DNA of 64,000 nt from Promethearchaeati archaeon SRVP18_Atabeyarchaeia-1. GTDB lineage: Archaea; Asgardarchaeota; Atabeyarchaeia; Atabeyarchaeales; Atabeyarchaeaceae. Where the stretch lies: the NCBI GenBank assembly GCA_037308085.1, contig CP147779.1:256001-320000 (forward strand). Direction: 5' to 3'. Shown piece after piece: positions 38,891 to 48,789 of this stretch; the first letter of the stretch is position 1, and each line of letters starts with the position of its first letter. The position numbers were made by a program, and so were the translations under genes. The notes below the pieces were generated by a model that saw nothing but the letters and a program-made list of their open reading frames with translations, had not been told where the DNA came from and did no database searches.

Positions 38891-39520
38891 ATGAACTTGC
38901 CATCTGATGCCGCGCAACAGCAAATCGAGATTCCTCTGGGCGCAACTACGATAGGTCTGGTCTGCAAGGATGGAGTGGTTCTTGCCAGCGAGCGCAGAGT
39001 AGCGTGGGGGACTTTCGTCCTAAGCAAGGCGGGGAAGAAGGTCTTCAAGATAGCTGACAAGATTGGGGTCGCCTGCGCGGGCTTGATGTCAGACATGCAG
39101 GTACTCGCACGCACGATGGGAGCGCAGGCTGCGTTGTACTTACTCGACATGAGAAGGCCTATGCCAGTTAAGGCTGCCGCGAAACTCTTGTCGAACATCC
39201 TGTTCGAGAGAAGGGGCTCGCCACTCTTTACGCAAACAATAATAGCTGGCGTGGACGATGGTGGCCCGCGGATGTTCATCCTCGATCTCCTTGGCTCGTT
39301 GATCGAAGATAAGTATGCTGCAGTTGGAAGTGGGGCTCAAGTGGCAATTGGTGTTCTCGAGGCCGAGTACAAGGAAAGCATCACCGTGGAACAAGGAAAG
39401 GAAATCGTGATCAGGGCGATCAGATCAGCGATCGAAAGAGATGCAGCGTCGGGTAACGGCGTTGACATTCTGACCATAACAAAGAGCGAAACTTCTGAGA
39501 TCTCCGAGAGTCTGAAATGA
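38891..39520 (+). CDS. psmB: Proteasome beta subunit
   Basis: GATTIGL, ASERR, VGSGA and RDAASG. Confidence 0.9.
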   Translation: MNLPSDAAQQQIEIPLGATTIGLVCKDGVVLASERRVAWGTFVLSKAGKKVFKIADKIGVACAGLMSDMQVLARTMGAQAALYLLDMRRPMPVKAAAKLLSNILFERRGSPLFTQTIIAGVDDGGPRMFILDLLGSLIEDKYAAVGSGAQVAIGVLEAEYKESITVEQGKEIVIRAIRSAIERDAASGNGVDILTITKSETSEISESLK

Positions 39521-39573
39521 GATAGCATTTCCGAAAAAAGCATCTCCCATTTTTCTTGAAGCAGAAGACTATG

Positions 39574-40560
39574 TTATTGATCGAACCTTACCGGCTTCTC
39601 CAGCCTGCTTAGTAACGCCACTTCACTTTTCAGTACATCATCCAATATCCTGTAGCCAGTAATTTCTGAGAGCCTCTTAGAGAAATCCATTATTTCCCAG
39701 TGTTTGGGCATGTGTTCGTATTTCATTCTGCCAGTCTGCAGACCGTACCCGACATTCATCGCTCCCTTGGGCTCAACATACGTGCTATTCCCTTTCATAA
39801 CGAGTTTGGCATAGCCCTCTGGATCCTTCAGATTGAGACCTCGGGCAAGCGTCATCCGGATGACCGTGGGGCACTTGAAACTTCGAAGCAATTCTATGCT
39901 CTCCAGGAGCCTTTTCCAGCCATCGCCTAGCCTGGGTCTGCATACTCTCCTGTATGTTTCCTCGTCGGGGGCGCAGACGCTCAGATATAGTTGCGAGGGT
40001 TCAACTGAGAGGTTCGACAGGACTTCGGGGAATGTCCCGTTGCTGACTAGGAAGATTGTCTTGAAGCCTCGTTTGAATGCCTCCTCGAACGCAGTACTCA
40101 GCCTCTCGGCGCCGTAGAGTGTGGGCTCCCCGACAAGTGACGCTGTGAGGTGATTAGGAGCCATGGCGTCTTCCAGCATCTCTCTGCTCACCTTGCGGTT
40201 GGAGCCATAGCCTGTTAGAATTCTCTTGTGTTCCCTAATGCATGAATCGATGAGCTCCTTGGGATCATCGTATTCGGACCAGCTCAGCTCATCCCACTTT
40301 AGCCCAAGGTCAGTAGGTTGGACACGCCAGCAGAACAGGCATGCCTGGGAGCAAGCAGGCACGGGAGTGAATTGCACACATTTATGGGACCTGATTCCAT
40401 AGAACCTCTGCTTATAGCAGTGATCTTGACCCTGGCTGGTCAGCGACTTCCAGAGCCACCTGCAGGGCTTCACAAGCCCGCTTTTCCCAATGAAGTGATA
40501 CCGCTGGTACCGCAATGCTTTCTTCAATTCCAGAGGAAGCGACAAGTAGTAGCACACCAC
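39574..40560 (-). CDS. taw1: 4-demethylwyosine synthase TYW1/Taw1
   Basis: KPCRW, CYKQRFYGIRSH, CSQACLFCWR and SLVGEP. Confidence 0.92.
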   Translation of the reverse strand: MVCYYLSLPLELKKALRYQRYHFIGKSGLVKPCRWLWKSLTSQGQDHCYKQRFYGIRSHKCVQFTPVPACSQACLFCWRVQPTDLGLKWDELSWSEYDDPKELIDSCIREHKRILTGYGSNRKVSREMLEDAMAPNHLTASLVGEPTLYGAERLSTAFEEAFKRGFKTIFLVSNGTFPEVLSNLSVEPSQLYLSVCAPDEETYRRVCRPRLGDGWKRLLESIELLRSFKCPTVIRMTLARGLNLKDPEGYAKLVMKGNSTYVEPKGAMNVGYGLQTGRMKYEHMPKHWEIMDFSKRLSEITGYRILDDVLKSEVALLSRLEKPVRFDQ

Positions 40561-40669
40561 AGATTCAATGGAGCCGATGTTTAAATATTGTTTTGTGTTC
40601 TCTATTAGGGGAGACTTCGTAATAGGAGCCCCTTAACTCTGACCCAGTTTGCAATAGGTGATTTGACCC

Positions 40670-41311
40670 ATGAAGTTGGAGGAGATTATTGACGAGGTGC
40701 GGGAGAATCTGGATAAGCGAGATGAGGCGCGAGAGAGAGTCTTTGACCTAACTAGGCAGGCTATAAGACTCTGCGCGACCACGATCAAGTCTATTCACAG
40801 GAAGGAATTCGATCTTGCCGAGCAGAATATCTCCAAGATCAAGGAATCACTTGGAGACGTAGTTAGTAGCCTCGACAGCGTTCCAGAACTACTTCACTCA
40901 GGAATGGTGAACTCGGCTTTCCAAGAGTACTCAGAAGCCGCGCTCCTTATGTCCTTGGTCAAGGATGGCAAATATGCTTCGCCCGAGGAATTGTCAGTCC
41001 CATTCTTCGACGCTTACGTTCTGGGGTTAGCGGATCTTATTGGTGAGCTGAGGAGAAGCGCTCTTGATGCCGTATGCGCGGAGAACACTGAACAGGCTGT
41101 GACCGCTCTTGACAGTATGGACGAGATACTTGCAAACCTCGTCACACTGGACTACCCAGAAGCGATAATCCCGGGGTTGAGACACAAGTGCGACGTCGCA
41201 CGTAACCTAGTGGAGAAAACTCGCGGGGACATAGCCAACTCCGTCAGCAACCAGAAGTTGGTTCAAGAGATAAAGAAGCTGAATGAAAAGTTGGATGGCA
41301 TGAAGCTCTAA
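40670..41311 (+). CDS. Translin-family protein
   Basis: QEYSEA, YVLGLADLIGELRR and LRHKCD. Confidence 0.85.
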   Translation: MKLEEIIDEVRENLDKRDEARERVFDLTRQAIRLCATTIKSIHRKEFDLAEQNISKIKESLGDVVSSLDSVPELLHSGMVNSAFQEYSEAALLMSLVKDGKYASPEELSVPFFDAYVLGLADLIGELRRSALDAVCAENTEQAVTALDSMDEILANLVTLDYPEAIIPGLRHKCDVARNLVEKTRGDIANSVSNQKLVQEIKKLNEKLDGMKL

Positions 41312-41400
41312 GCACGGATGCATATTCTGTTTCTTCCTTCGAAGACTCCGTGCGCCGCCAATTGCTCTCTATCCTTGGAATGGGGGTGAAATAACCAGAA

Positions 41401-43020
41401 TTGACTAGACTGAAACCTAAGGAGATTAGAGAGAAGGCCGAAGAGGATTTTGCCAAGGCTTGGATCGAGACTGGTCTTCTTCTCTCGGAAGACAATATGA
41501 AGCCCAGGAAATATCCGTCAACTAAGATCGAAGCTGGAAGGCCTCACGTGGTTTTCGAGACAACTGAGAGGCTCAGGAGACGTCTCCTATCACTTGGATT
41601 CTCAGAGGTTCTGAACCCAGTGATAGTGGATGAAGCCGAGATGTTCAAGCAGTACGGGCTCGAAGCGCCGGCAATCCTTGACCGCTGCTTCTACCTTGCC
41701 ACACTCGAAAGGCCAGACGTAGGACTAGGCAAGGAGAAGATCAACGAGCTGAAGACACTGGCAAACTTGGATGAAGAGAAGATACCAGTGCTGCAATCTA
41801 TACTACATTCCTACAAGAAGGGGGAAGTCGATGGGGATGACTTGATCGAGAGAATTGCAGAGGCTCTGGGGATCAGCGACGTCCTCGCGATGAGGGTGTT
41901 GGACAAAGTCTTTCCCTCGATGAAGGGTATGACCCCCGTTCCGTCCAAGATGACTCTGAGGTCTCACATGACTACAGCATGGTTTCTGACACTCTCAAGT
42001 ATGCAGGGAAAGGTCAGGCTCCCCGTAAGATTGTTCTCGGCCGATGTCAGGTTCCGCAGAGAGCAACAGGAGGATGCTACGCATCTCAAGACCCATCATG
42101 TGGCTTCGGCAGTAATAATGTCAGACGATGTCTGCTTGGATGATGGAAAACTTCTCGCTGAAGCGATCCTTGGCGAATTCGGCTTCAAGGATTTCAGATT
42201 CAAGACCAAGAGCGTTACGGCGAAATACTATGCCCCCAACAGCGAAATCGAGGTCTTTGTGCCCAACGTCGGGAAGGGGGGAGAGCTTGTCGAGGTTGCA
42301 GATTTCGGTCTCTATGCTCCGACAGCACTAGCGAATTATGACCTCGAGTACCCTGTACTAAACCTAGGCATGGGTGTAGAGAGACTCGCTATGGTGCTGC
42401 ACGGATATGATGACGTTAGAAGACTAGCGTACCCCCAGTTCTACGAAGAGTGGAAGCTCAGTGACAGAGAACTGGCTACGATGACAAGAATCGATAAGAC
42501 CCCCAGAACAAATGAGGGAAAGCAACTCGTAGATCATATAATCAATGCCGCTCTCAAAAACAAAGATGTGGCAAGCCCTTGCAGTTTCACCATCCTTGAG
42601 GGACTACTGCTGGGAAAAAAGGTCAAGGTGGAGATCTATGAAAATGACCCTGGCGTGAAAATGCTTGGCCCAGCTTCACTCAACAGCATCTACGTCTATC
42701 GGAATACGATAGTTGGAATCCCTCAATTGGAACTTAAAGAAGAGCCCTTAATCCCCATAAAGGAAATCAGAGAGCGTGGCGTTCCCACTGGTATCACTTA
42801 TCTCGAAGCCGCAGCAAATCTGGCTGCGTTCAGAATAGAGGAGGGCATCTTGACCGGGGAGAGAAAGATAGATATCAGAATCAAGATGGCGAAGTTGCCG
42901 AGCGACGTAAACCTGTTGATAGACGAAGTCGCACAGAGATACATAATGTCCAAGAGATTGAAAATAGATGTTAGGGGACCCGTCTTCATAGGGGTTAGAG
43001 CGGAAATCACTGGAGACTAA
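41401..43020 (+). CDS. sepS: O-phosphoserine-tRNA(Cys) ligase
   Basis: EAPAILDRCFYLA, LRSHMT, FRREQ, KYYAP and NLGMGVER. Confidence 0.92.
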   Translation: MTRLKPKEIREKAEEDFAKAWIETGLLLSEDNMKPRKYPSTKIEAGRPHVVFETTERLRRRLLSLGFSEVLNPVIVDEAEMFKQYGLEAPAILDRCFYLATLERPDVGLGKEKINELKTLANLDEEKIPVLQSILHSYKKGEVDGDDLIERIAEALGISDVLAMRVLDKVFPSMKGMTPVPSKMTLRSHMTTAWFLTLSSMQGKVRLPVRLFSADVRFRREQQEDATHLKTHHVASAVIMSDDVCLDDGKLLAEAILGEFGFKDFRFKTKSVTAKYYAPNSEIEVFVPNVGKGGELVEVADFGLYAPTALANYDLEYPVLNLGMGVERLAMVLHGYDDVRRLAYPQFYEEWKLSDRELATMTRIDKTPRTNEGKQLVDHIINAALKNKDVASPCSFTILEGLLLGKKVKVEIYENDPGVKMLGPASLNSIYVYRNTIVGIPQLELKEEPLIPIKEIRERGVPTGITYLEAAANLAAFRIEEGILTGERKIDIRIKMAKLPSDVNLLIDEVAQRYIMSKRLKIDVRGPVFIGVRAEITGD

Positions 43021-43025
43021 GAAGA

Positions 43026-43730
43026 ATGACTAACAGTGACGCAAGTAACAATGACAAGTCAAGTATGTGCGGTCGAATTCTGAATCAACAGGTGATTAGC
43101 CACTGGGAAGCTATTCAGAAGAGACTCGCTAGAAAAGTCATCCAGAAAGACTCATTCGAGTATCCCCCAAAGCTAGTGGCCGGCGTCGACGTCGCCTACC
43201 TGGGGAACGAAGCGTTCAGCGCTGCAGTAGTGTTAGACAACAAGACACTCCGGCTTGTGGAGAAGCAGGTAGACCGATCTATTGTCAGCGTTCCATATAT
43301 CCCGTCTTACCTCGCATTTAGAGAAGTTCCATTGTTGACCAACGTGATACGGAAACTGAAACAGAAGGCTGACGTCTTCCTCGTCAACGCCCACGGAGTA
43401 GCACACCCACTGAGGTGTGGCTGCGCTTCACACCTCGGGGTCGTACTAGACATCCCTACAATAGGTGTTGCAAAGAGAATCCTTTCTGGTAAGATCTCTG
43501 AATCTGAACAAGGCGAAATAAGGTACTTGAGGGATGGAAATGAAGTCATCGGGGCTACTCTCATGACTCGGGGTGGCTCCAACCCGATTTTCGTATCAGT
43601 TGGACATAAGGTGAGCCTCACCTCAGCAATTGGAATCGTACAAGGAACTCTCAAGGAAGCTCGTTTGCCTGAACCTTTGGAACAAGCTCACAGACTATCA
43701 AACGAATCCAGAAAGGAAAACCATAAGTAA
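43026..43730 (+). CDS. nfi: Endonuclease V
   Basis: GVDVAY, PYIPSYLAFRE, AHP...G.ASHLG, GVAK and PEPL. Confidence 0.88.
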   Translation: MTNSDASNNDKSSMCGRILNQQVISHWEAIQKRLARKVIQKDSFEYPPKLVAGVDVAYLGNEAFSAAVVLDNKTLRLVEKQVDRSIVSVPYIPSYLAFREVPLLTNVIRKLKQKADVFLVNAHGVAHPLRCGCASHLGVVLDIPTIGVAKRILSGKISESEQGEIRYLRDGNEVIGATLMTRGGSNPIFVSVGHKVSLTSAIGIVQGTLKEARLPEPLEQAHRLSNESRKENHK

Positions 43731-43752
43731 ATGGCCTTGTAGATACTTCGAC

Positions 43753-44445
43753 ATGAAGGCGATCCAGTTGAAGGAGTCTCCGCTGCTTACCTTGATCGCT
43801 CTCGCGAGCATGGGGGCGTACAGCAAGGCGCTTGAAACCACAACAACTATCGTTGGAAAGAAACTTGGAATAAGCCAGCAGACGGCATCTAGGCGACTCA
43901 GCCAGCTTGAGAGGACTGGTTGGATCACGAAGGAGAGAACGCTAAAAGGGCAGGGAATCAGGATAAGCAAGGAAGGTGTTGAGGTTCTGAGATCAATCTA
44001 CGGAGAGCTGAGAAGCCTTCTTGAAGGGGAGCTCGCTTCACTGGATATAGAGGGAACAGTGTTCTCTGGGATGCGTGACGGCGCGTACTATGTCACTAGG
44101 GAAGGGTACGAGAAGCAGTTCATGGAGAAACTCGGATTTAGTCCTTACCCTGGAACCCTTAACTTGAAACTCAAGACGGGGTTGGAGGTACAAGCCAAGC
44201 GAATACTTGATGCTTATCCCGGAATCGTCATAGAGGGCTTCGAGGATGGGCAGAGAACATTTGGCCCTGTGAAGTCTTTCAAGGCAGTAATAAACAATAA
44301 GATCGAGGGTGCTATCCTCCTAATAAAGCGAACACACCACGGCGAGAACGTGATGGAGATCATATCGTCAGTATATCTTAGGGACAAACTCGGACTCAAG
44401 GATGGCGACAGAGTCAATCTCAAGATTCTGATTAACCAAAAGTAG
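43753..44445 (+). CDS. ribK: wHTH-fused CTP-dependent riboflavin kinase (RbkR-type)
   Basis: SQQTASRRL HTH; GFSPYPGTLN; RTHH. Confidence 0.9.
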   Translation: MKAIQLKESPLLTLIALASMGAYSKALETTTTIVGKKLGISQQTASRRLSQLERTGWITKERTLKGQGIRISKEGVEVLRSIYGELRSLLEGELASLDIEGTVFSGMRDGAYYVTREGYEKQFMEKLGFSPYPGTLNLKLKTGLEVQAKRILDAYPGIVIEGFEDGQRTFGPVKSFKAVINNKIEGAILLIKRTHHGENVMEIISSVYLRDKLGLKDGDRVNLKILINQK

Positions 44446-44472
44446 AGTGGCCCCAGATCCTTTAGGTTAAGC

Positions 44473-44940
44473 TCATTGCGCCGTTCTCATTTTGTCCATG
44501 ACTTCTTGGATGCGTTTAACGACTTTTGATGTGCTGTTTAGAACTTCATCGCCGTATTTCGTAAGTCTCTTGATTCTTGTTCCGGCAAGACCCCTTTTCT
44601 TTAGCTCTGTCTTCAGGAAATCCTCTGTGGGTTTCTCGTCGTATCCGAGCGCGATGATGTCTGGTCTGAGTTCTTCGACTACTCTTAGCCTGTCTTCTCC
44701 CTCGTAGCCTAGAATCGCTTTATCAACAGGCTTCAGTGACTCTACTAGATATCTTCTCTGCTCCTCTGGGAATATTGGCTCCCTGCCCCTAAGCTTTCTT
44801 ACAGTCGAGTCTCTAGCTATTATGACTATCAGCTCTGAGTCCTTGCCGCCTAGTTTTCGACTTTCCTCCAAGTACTTTGCGTGACCAGCGTGAACTATGT
44901 CAAAAGTTCCAAAGGCTAGGACGCGTATTCTCTTAGCCAT
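44473..44940 (-). CDS. ribL: FAD synthase
   Basis: FGTFDIVHAGH, IIARD and LGYD; adjacent to ribK. Confidence 0.85.
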   Translation of the reverse strand: MAKRIRVLAFGTFDIVHAGHAKYLEESRKLGGKDSELIVIIARDSTVRKLRGREPIFPEEQRRYLVESLKPVDKAILGYEGEDRLRVVEELRPDIIALGYDEKPTEDFLKTELKKRGLAGTRIKRLTKYGDEVLNSTSKVVKRIQEVMDKMRTAQ

Positions 44941-45037
44941 CTTGTACAACAACCAGCAGGTGCTCTTACCGTCGGCGGCCTTTCGTCTATTGTAGTCCCT
45001 CAAAATAGTATGTGCTATAGCTTAAAAGTCTTGATAT

Positions 45038-45898
45038 TCATTTGCCCGCATCTCTTCTTGTTAATAGCGACCCTGGAGCCCCAAATAGCTTCACGAGTGT
45101 CTCAGCCTCCATGAAGTGGAGCTCCCCTGGAACAATAAGTGTGTAGGGAGGCGCGCCGAAATCTGCCTCCATCAGATCCTTGATGTAGCCGCACTTGACC
45201 GTTGGCTCAGGGGAACCAGCATGAGCGACTCCCAGCAGAATTCTATCTTTGGTGAAGACGCTCTTCTTCCTTATGTTCTCAATCCTCAGCATGAGAGCCA
45301 AAGCACCCTGAATCGAGAGAAACTCGCCGCTTTCCACGTTCAAATCGAGGAGCACAAGCGTGTGAAGACCGCGCGAGAAATTGTCCAAGACGACATCATA
45401 GGAGGACAAGGGCAAGTGACCTTCCTGCGGCAGAGGTATCGTGACCGCTCTTCCGAACTTGTAGTGCTGCAAGCCTGTTAGGCTTGGTGCGGCAGAGAAA
45501 ATCGACGCGGCGTGGACGATTTCAGTTTTGATCCCCAGTTCAAAGGCTCTCAGCCTTAGACTCACGTGCGTCGTCGCAGCGAGCGGATCGCCTGGAACCA
45601 GAAGCACTACTCTCCTACCTTTTGCCCGCTCAAGTATTCTCCAATCTGCGTCCTCCTCAAGGTCGTGCCTGCTTGCGACAGTAATCCTCTTGCCAATCCT
45701 TCTCTCCAAGTGAGCTATGTTGAGACCCGGCATCACGCTGGTGTAGAATTCTGCATACACTTCATCGGCTTTTCTTGCTGATCGTATTCCAGACAAGCTT
45801 ATGCCATTGTGATCCCATAGACCCATTCCAACGAAAGCCAGCGTTCCTCGTTCTTCGCTTTTTCCTCTGACTAGGGATGGAAAGCTGTTCTTACTCAT
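45038..45898 (-). CDS. dph5: Diphthine synthase
   Basis: EFYTS, GDPLAATTH, GLQHYKFG, LHTLVLLD and LHFMEAE. Confidence 0.93.
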   Translation of the reverse strand: MSKNSFPSLVRGKSEERGTLAFVGMGLWDHNGISLSGIRSARKADEVYAEFYTSVMPGLNIAHLERRIGKRITVASRHDLEEDADWRILERAKGRRVVLLVPGDPLAATTHVSLRLRAFELGIKTEIVHAASIFSAAPSLTGLQHYKFGRAVTIPLPQEGHLPLSSYDVVLDNFSRGLHTLVLLDLNVESGEFLSIQGALALMLRIENIRKKSVFTKDRILLGVAHAGSPEPTVKCGYIKDLMEADFGAPPYTLIVPGELHFMEAETLVKLFGAPGSLLTRRDAGK

Positions 45899-46048
45899 CC
45901 TTTTAGCCTCCCAGTTCGATGGATTTTTAACGGTTACCTCCGTTAAATAGATGCAAAGTCTATATTAATGTCGGACAGGAATTAAGCCAGATGACGGAGC
46001 GCCATGGCCAACTTGGGAACAGCATTCAGGTGGAGGGACAGATGATTC

Positions 46049-47257
46049 TTGAGCGAGTTACCGATAGACTCCTTAATGACCTGGTATGAAGAGAAAACAA
46101 AGGAGCTGTTCAGCGTCTTTGCTTCTGACACAGGGAAGAGGCTTGGTGGGATCAAACAAGCATCCAGGGACATTAAGCTAGTTTTGGACGAGATCAACAG
46201 CTTGAAATCAACCCAAGAGGACGAGAACCTGAAAGCCGCGCTCGACAGGTTCATCGAACGAGTGAGCTCCACACTCCAAAGTGTGACATATCCCGATGAC
46301 CTCACCTACTCGACTGTCGGCGACTTCCTAAGCAGAATTGAGAGGTCAGTTGCTGATATATTCGATGCAGGAAAAAGATGGATCCCCAGATTCCGAGGCC
46401 GGAAATACAAATCCGTTATAGTGGATCTGGATAAACATTTCCGCGAGCTGACCAAGGAAACACAGGACCTAAGTTCCGCCTACAAGCACTACGTTCACCT
46501 AGAGAAGGTCGAACGTGTCAGAGACGGTATCCAGGGATTAAGTGAGATGGTGACCAGAATACCAATACTGAAGGCTGAAATCAAAGAGCAGGAAAAGAAG
46601 CTTCAGAATGCCAGAGACCTCGTCAGTGCGGGCGAGTCAAGGCACAAGGAGTACAAGAGCGCCACCGGAATCGATGAGAAAGAGCGCATCGACAGGGAAC
46701 TCGAAAGAATCCGCCAGAGCTTAGGCAGCCAGATCGATCTTCTGAAGAAACCCATGTCGAAAATCAGAGAGCTGTCTGAGGCAGGAACGATCCATGTGAA
46801 ACCCGAACACATAACGGCCATTGACCTGTACTACCACGACATAATTGATGCCTTAGGTAGCGAGTCTGAGGGTTGCCCAGCGTTTAGGGATCTTCTGACT
46901 GAGATGTCGAGGATTATGGACAGCCTAGGCCTAGAGGGCAGCAGACAGCGGAGGACTCTAAAACGCATAGAAAGCCTGCTGAGTAGCGATCTGCTTCAGT
47001 CTTCGCAGAAGAGAGTGAAGGAACTCCTGCAGAGAAGGGAGGAAGTAGCCAAGGTCTACCAACCTGGCGAGGAAAAGAAAATACTCACGGACCTTGAAGA
47101 AGCGAAAAAGCTACTCCGTGACGAAGAAACAAAGACGTACAGGCTCAATGAAGAGCTTGATCAGCTTTCTTCAAAGTTGAAGAAGAATTCCAAAGAAATT
47201 AGCTCTGAAATAGCCAAGATCACAGGCAAGAAGATTCACATCTCACTAAACAGTTGA
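46049..47257 (+). CDS. Hypothetical coiled-coil protein
   Basis: 402-aa E/K/L-rich helical ORF. Confidence 0.75.
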   Translation: MSELPIDSLMTWYEEKTKELFSVFASDTGKRLGGIKQASRDIKLVLDEINSLKSTQEDENLKAALDRFIERVSSTLQSVTYPDDLTYSTVGDFLSRIERSVADIFDAGKRWIPRFRGRKYKSVIVDLDKHFRELTKETQDLSSAYKHYVHLEKVERVRDGIQGLSEMVTRIPILKAEIKEQEKKLQNARDLVSAGESRHKEYKSATGIDEKERIDRELERIRQSLGSQIDLLKKPMSKIRELSEAGTIHVKPEHITAIDLYYHDIIDALGSESEGCPAFRDLLTEMSRIMDSLGLEGSRQRRTLKRIESLLSSDLLQSSQKRVKELLQRREEVAKVYQPGEEKKILTDLEEAKKLLRDEETKTYRLNEELDQLSSKLKKNSKEISSEIAKITGKKIHISLNS

Positions 47258-47269
47258 AATGGTTGACTG

Positions 47270-48370
47270 CTACTCGACGATGGAATCAACCGCAACCTGC
47301 CACTCATGAGGCGCAGACGATCGAACCAGCCGTCCTCCGAGAGTTGTGTGCAATGTTCTACCCAAGGACTTTAGTCTGACACGAAGCGCTTCCACTGCAT
47401 CTCCGATTGGGTCAGACCCAGATTGGAATTGATATGAGTGCAGGACACCGCCACCGGGCTTCAGGGCGGAGCACGCTGCGTCCATGAATTCAAGAGATGC
47501 AGATGGAAGGTTCATTATGATTCTGTCTGCTATACCTGCTAGGTTCCTCGAAATGACCACCCGAGCGTCTCCGAGTATGGGGTCTACGAGTCGCTCGACC
47601 TTGTTCAATCTGCAGTTCATCTTTATATACCGAACTGCATCGGGGTTCACATCGATGGCATGGACCACAGCACCCTTTTTCTTGGCAATCAATATCGCGA
47701 ATGGCCCCACCCCTGCGAACATGTCAATCACAATCTCCTTTGGAGACACTTGTGATGCGACCCGAAGATGCTCTGTTGCAAGTCTTGGACTGAAGTAGAC
47801 CTTTGTGACGTCCAGGACGTACTGGCAACCGTGTTCTCTATGAGTCGTTACAGTTCTGGCTTCACCTAAGACGTGCTCGTAGCTTCTCACTCTATACTGG
47901 CCATCGACCGCCCCACTCTTGCATAGCACGGTCTTGACCCCCCTGTGGACTTCAATGATTGCCTCTGCAATCAGCCTCTTAACCGAATCGAGCCCCCTAG
48001 CAACCTCAATGATCGCGATGTCGCCTATCACGTCAAAAGAGCGCCCGACGGAGGGTAGCAGCTTGGGATCGATCCGGTCCTTCAAAACCTCCGCGACACT
48101 CCGCGGATGCCCCGCCTTCTCCAGAAGCCTGGATTCAACTTCGACCGATTCGGTCTCTGGAGCTAGACCCCTCAAGACTTTCCATTCATTGTCGTCAGGT
48201 TCTCTGAGCAGAGGAATATCTACAAAACGATCGCCCCCAGAAATTCTACGCTCCACGTCCATCAGAGCAAGTTGGATCAGCTGCTGCCGAACCTTCTCCG
48301 CCGAAGGCTTCAAAACACGCAGGCAGAGTGATTCGCCCTTCATGTCTACACTTCCAACACCTGAAGGCAT
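47270..48370 (-). CDS. trm5: Trm5/Taw2-family tRNA (G37) methyltransferase
   Basis: FDVIGDIA, YFSPRL, DMFAGVGPF and IMNLP. Confidence 0.85.
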   Translation of the reverse strand: MPSGVGSVDMKGESLCLRVLKPSAEKVRQQLIQLALMDVERRISGGDRFVDIPLLREPDDNEWKVLRGLAPETESVEVESRLLEKAGHPRSVAEVLKDRIDPKLLPSVGRSFDVIGDIAIIEVARGLDSVKRLIAEAIIEVHRGVKTVLCKSGAVDGQYRVRSYEHVLGEARTVTTHREHGCQYVLDVTKVYFSPRLATEHLRVASQVSPKEIVIDMFAGVGPFAILIAKKKGAVVHAIDVNPDAVRYIKMNCRLNKVERLVDPILGDARVVISRNLAGIADRIIMNLPSASLEFMDAACSALKPGGGVLHSYQFQSGSDPIGDAVEALRVRLKSLGRTLHTTLGGRLVRSSAPHEWQVAVDSIVE

Positions 48371-48456
48371 TCGGACTGAGCTATTGAAGTTATCGCTTGC
48401 AGTTCATACCAAAAAAATTTATAACACCGTAGTCTAATCCTACTACACTAACGGCG

Positions 48457-48624
48457 GGGCCTGTAGCTCAGCCAGGTAGACGAAGCGGCAAACAATGACT
48501 TCAATGATCGCCTAAAGCGTCGGGCTCTTAGCGTCAGGTTGTTAGCCTCGAGAGTAACCCGATGGCCGGGGGTTCAACTGCCTATTGCAAATGAAGTAGG
48601 CTGAAAATCCCCTCAGGCCCGCCA
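48457..48624 (+). tRNA. tRNA-Lys(CTT) with three BHB introns (48480-48515 at 22/23; 48531-48556 at 37/38; 48579-48607 at 59/60); CCA encoded
   Basis: GGGCCTG/CAGGCCC acceptor; TCGGG-CT-CTT-A|A-CCCGA; BHB helices AGGT/GCCT, CTCT/AGAG and TTCA/TGAA; TTTATAA box upstream. Confidence 0.9.
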
Positions 48625-48736
48625 AATTCTCACAAGGAAACCATGGTTTGCGCCATCTCTCAGCCAATCCAATCGGAAAGTCGATCTATCCTAATGCAGG
48701 AACATGGCGTGAGAGAAAGTCTCGAAATCCGGGATG

Positions 48737-48785
48737 GCGACTCTTCCCACCCTTGAAGGACGTGGGGTTCCTCGCAACGAGCATG
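48737..48785. repeat. Solo IS200/IS605-type end hairpin (copy of 53985-54034)
   Basis: GCGACTCTTCCCACCCTTGAAGGACGTGGGGTTCCTCGCA aligns with GCGATTCCTCCCACCCCTGACGGGATGTGGGCTTCCTCGCA. Confidence 0.7.
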
Positions 48786-48789
48786 AAAG

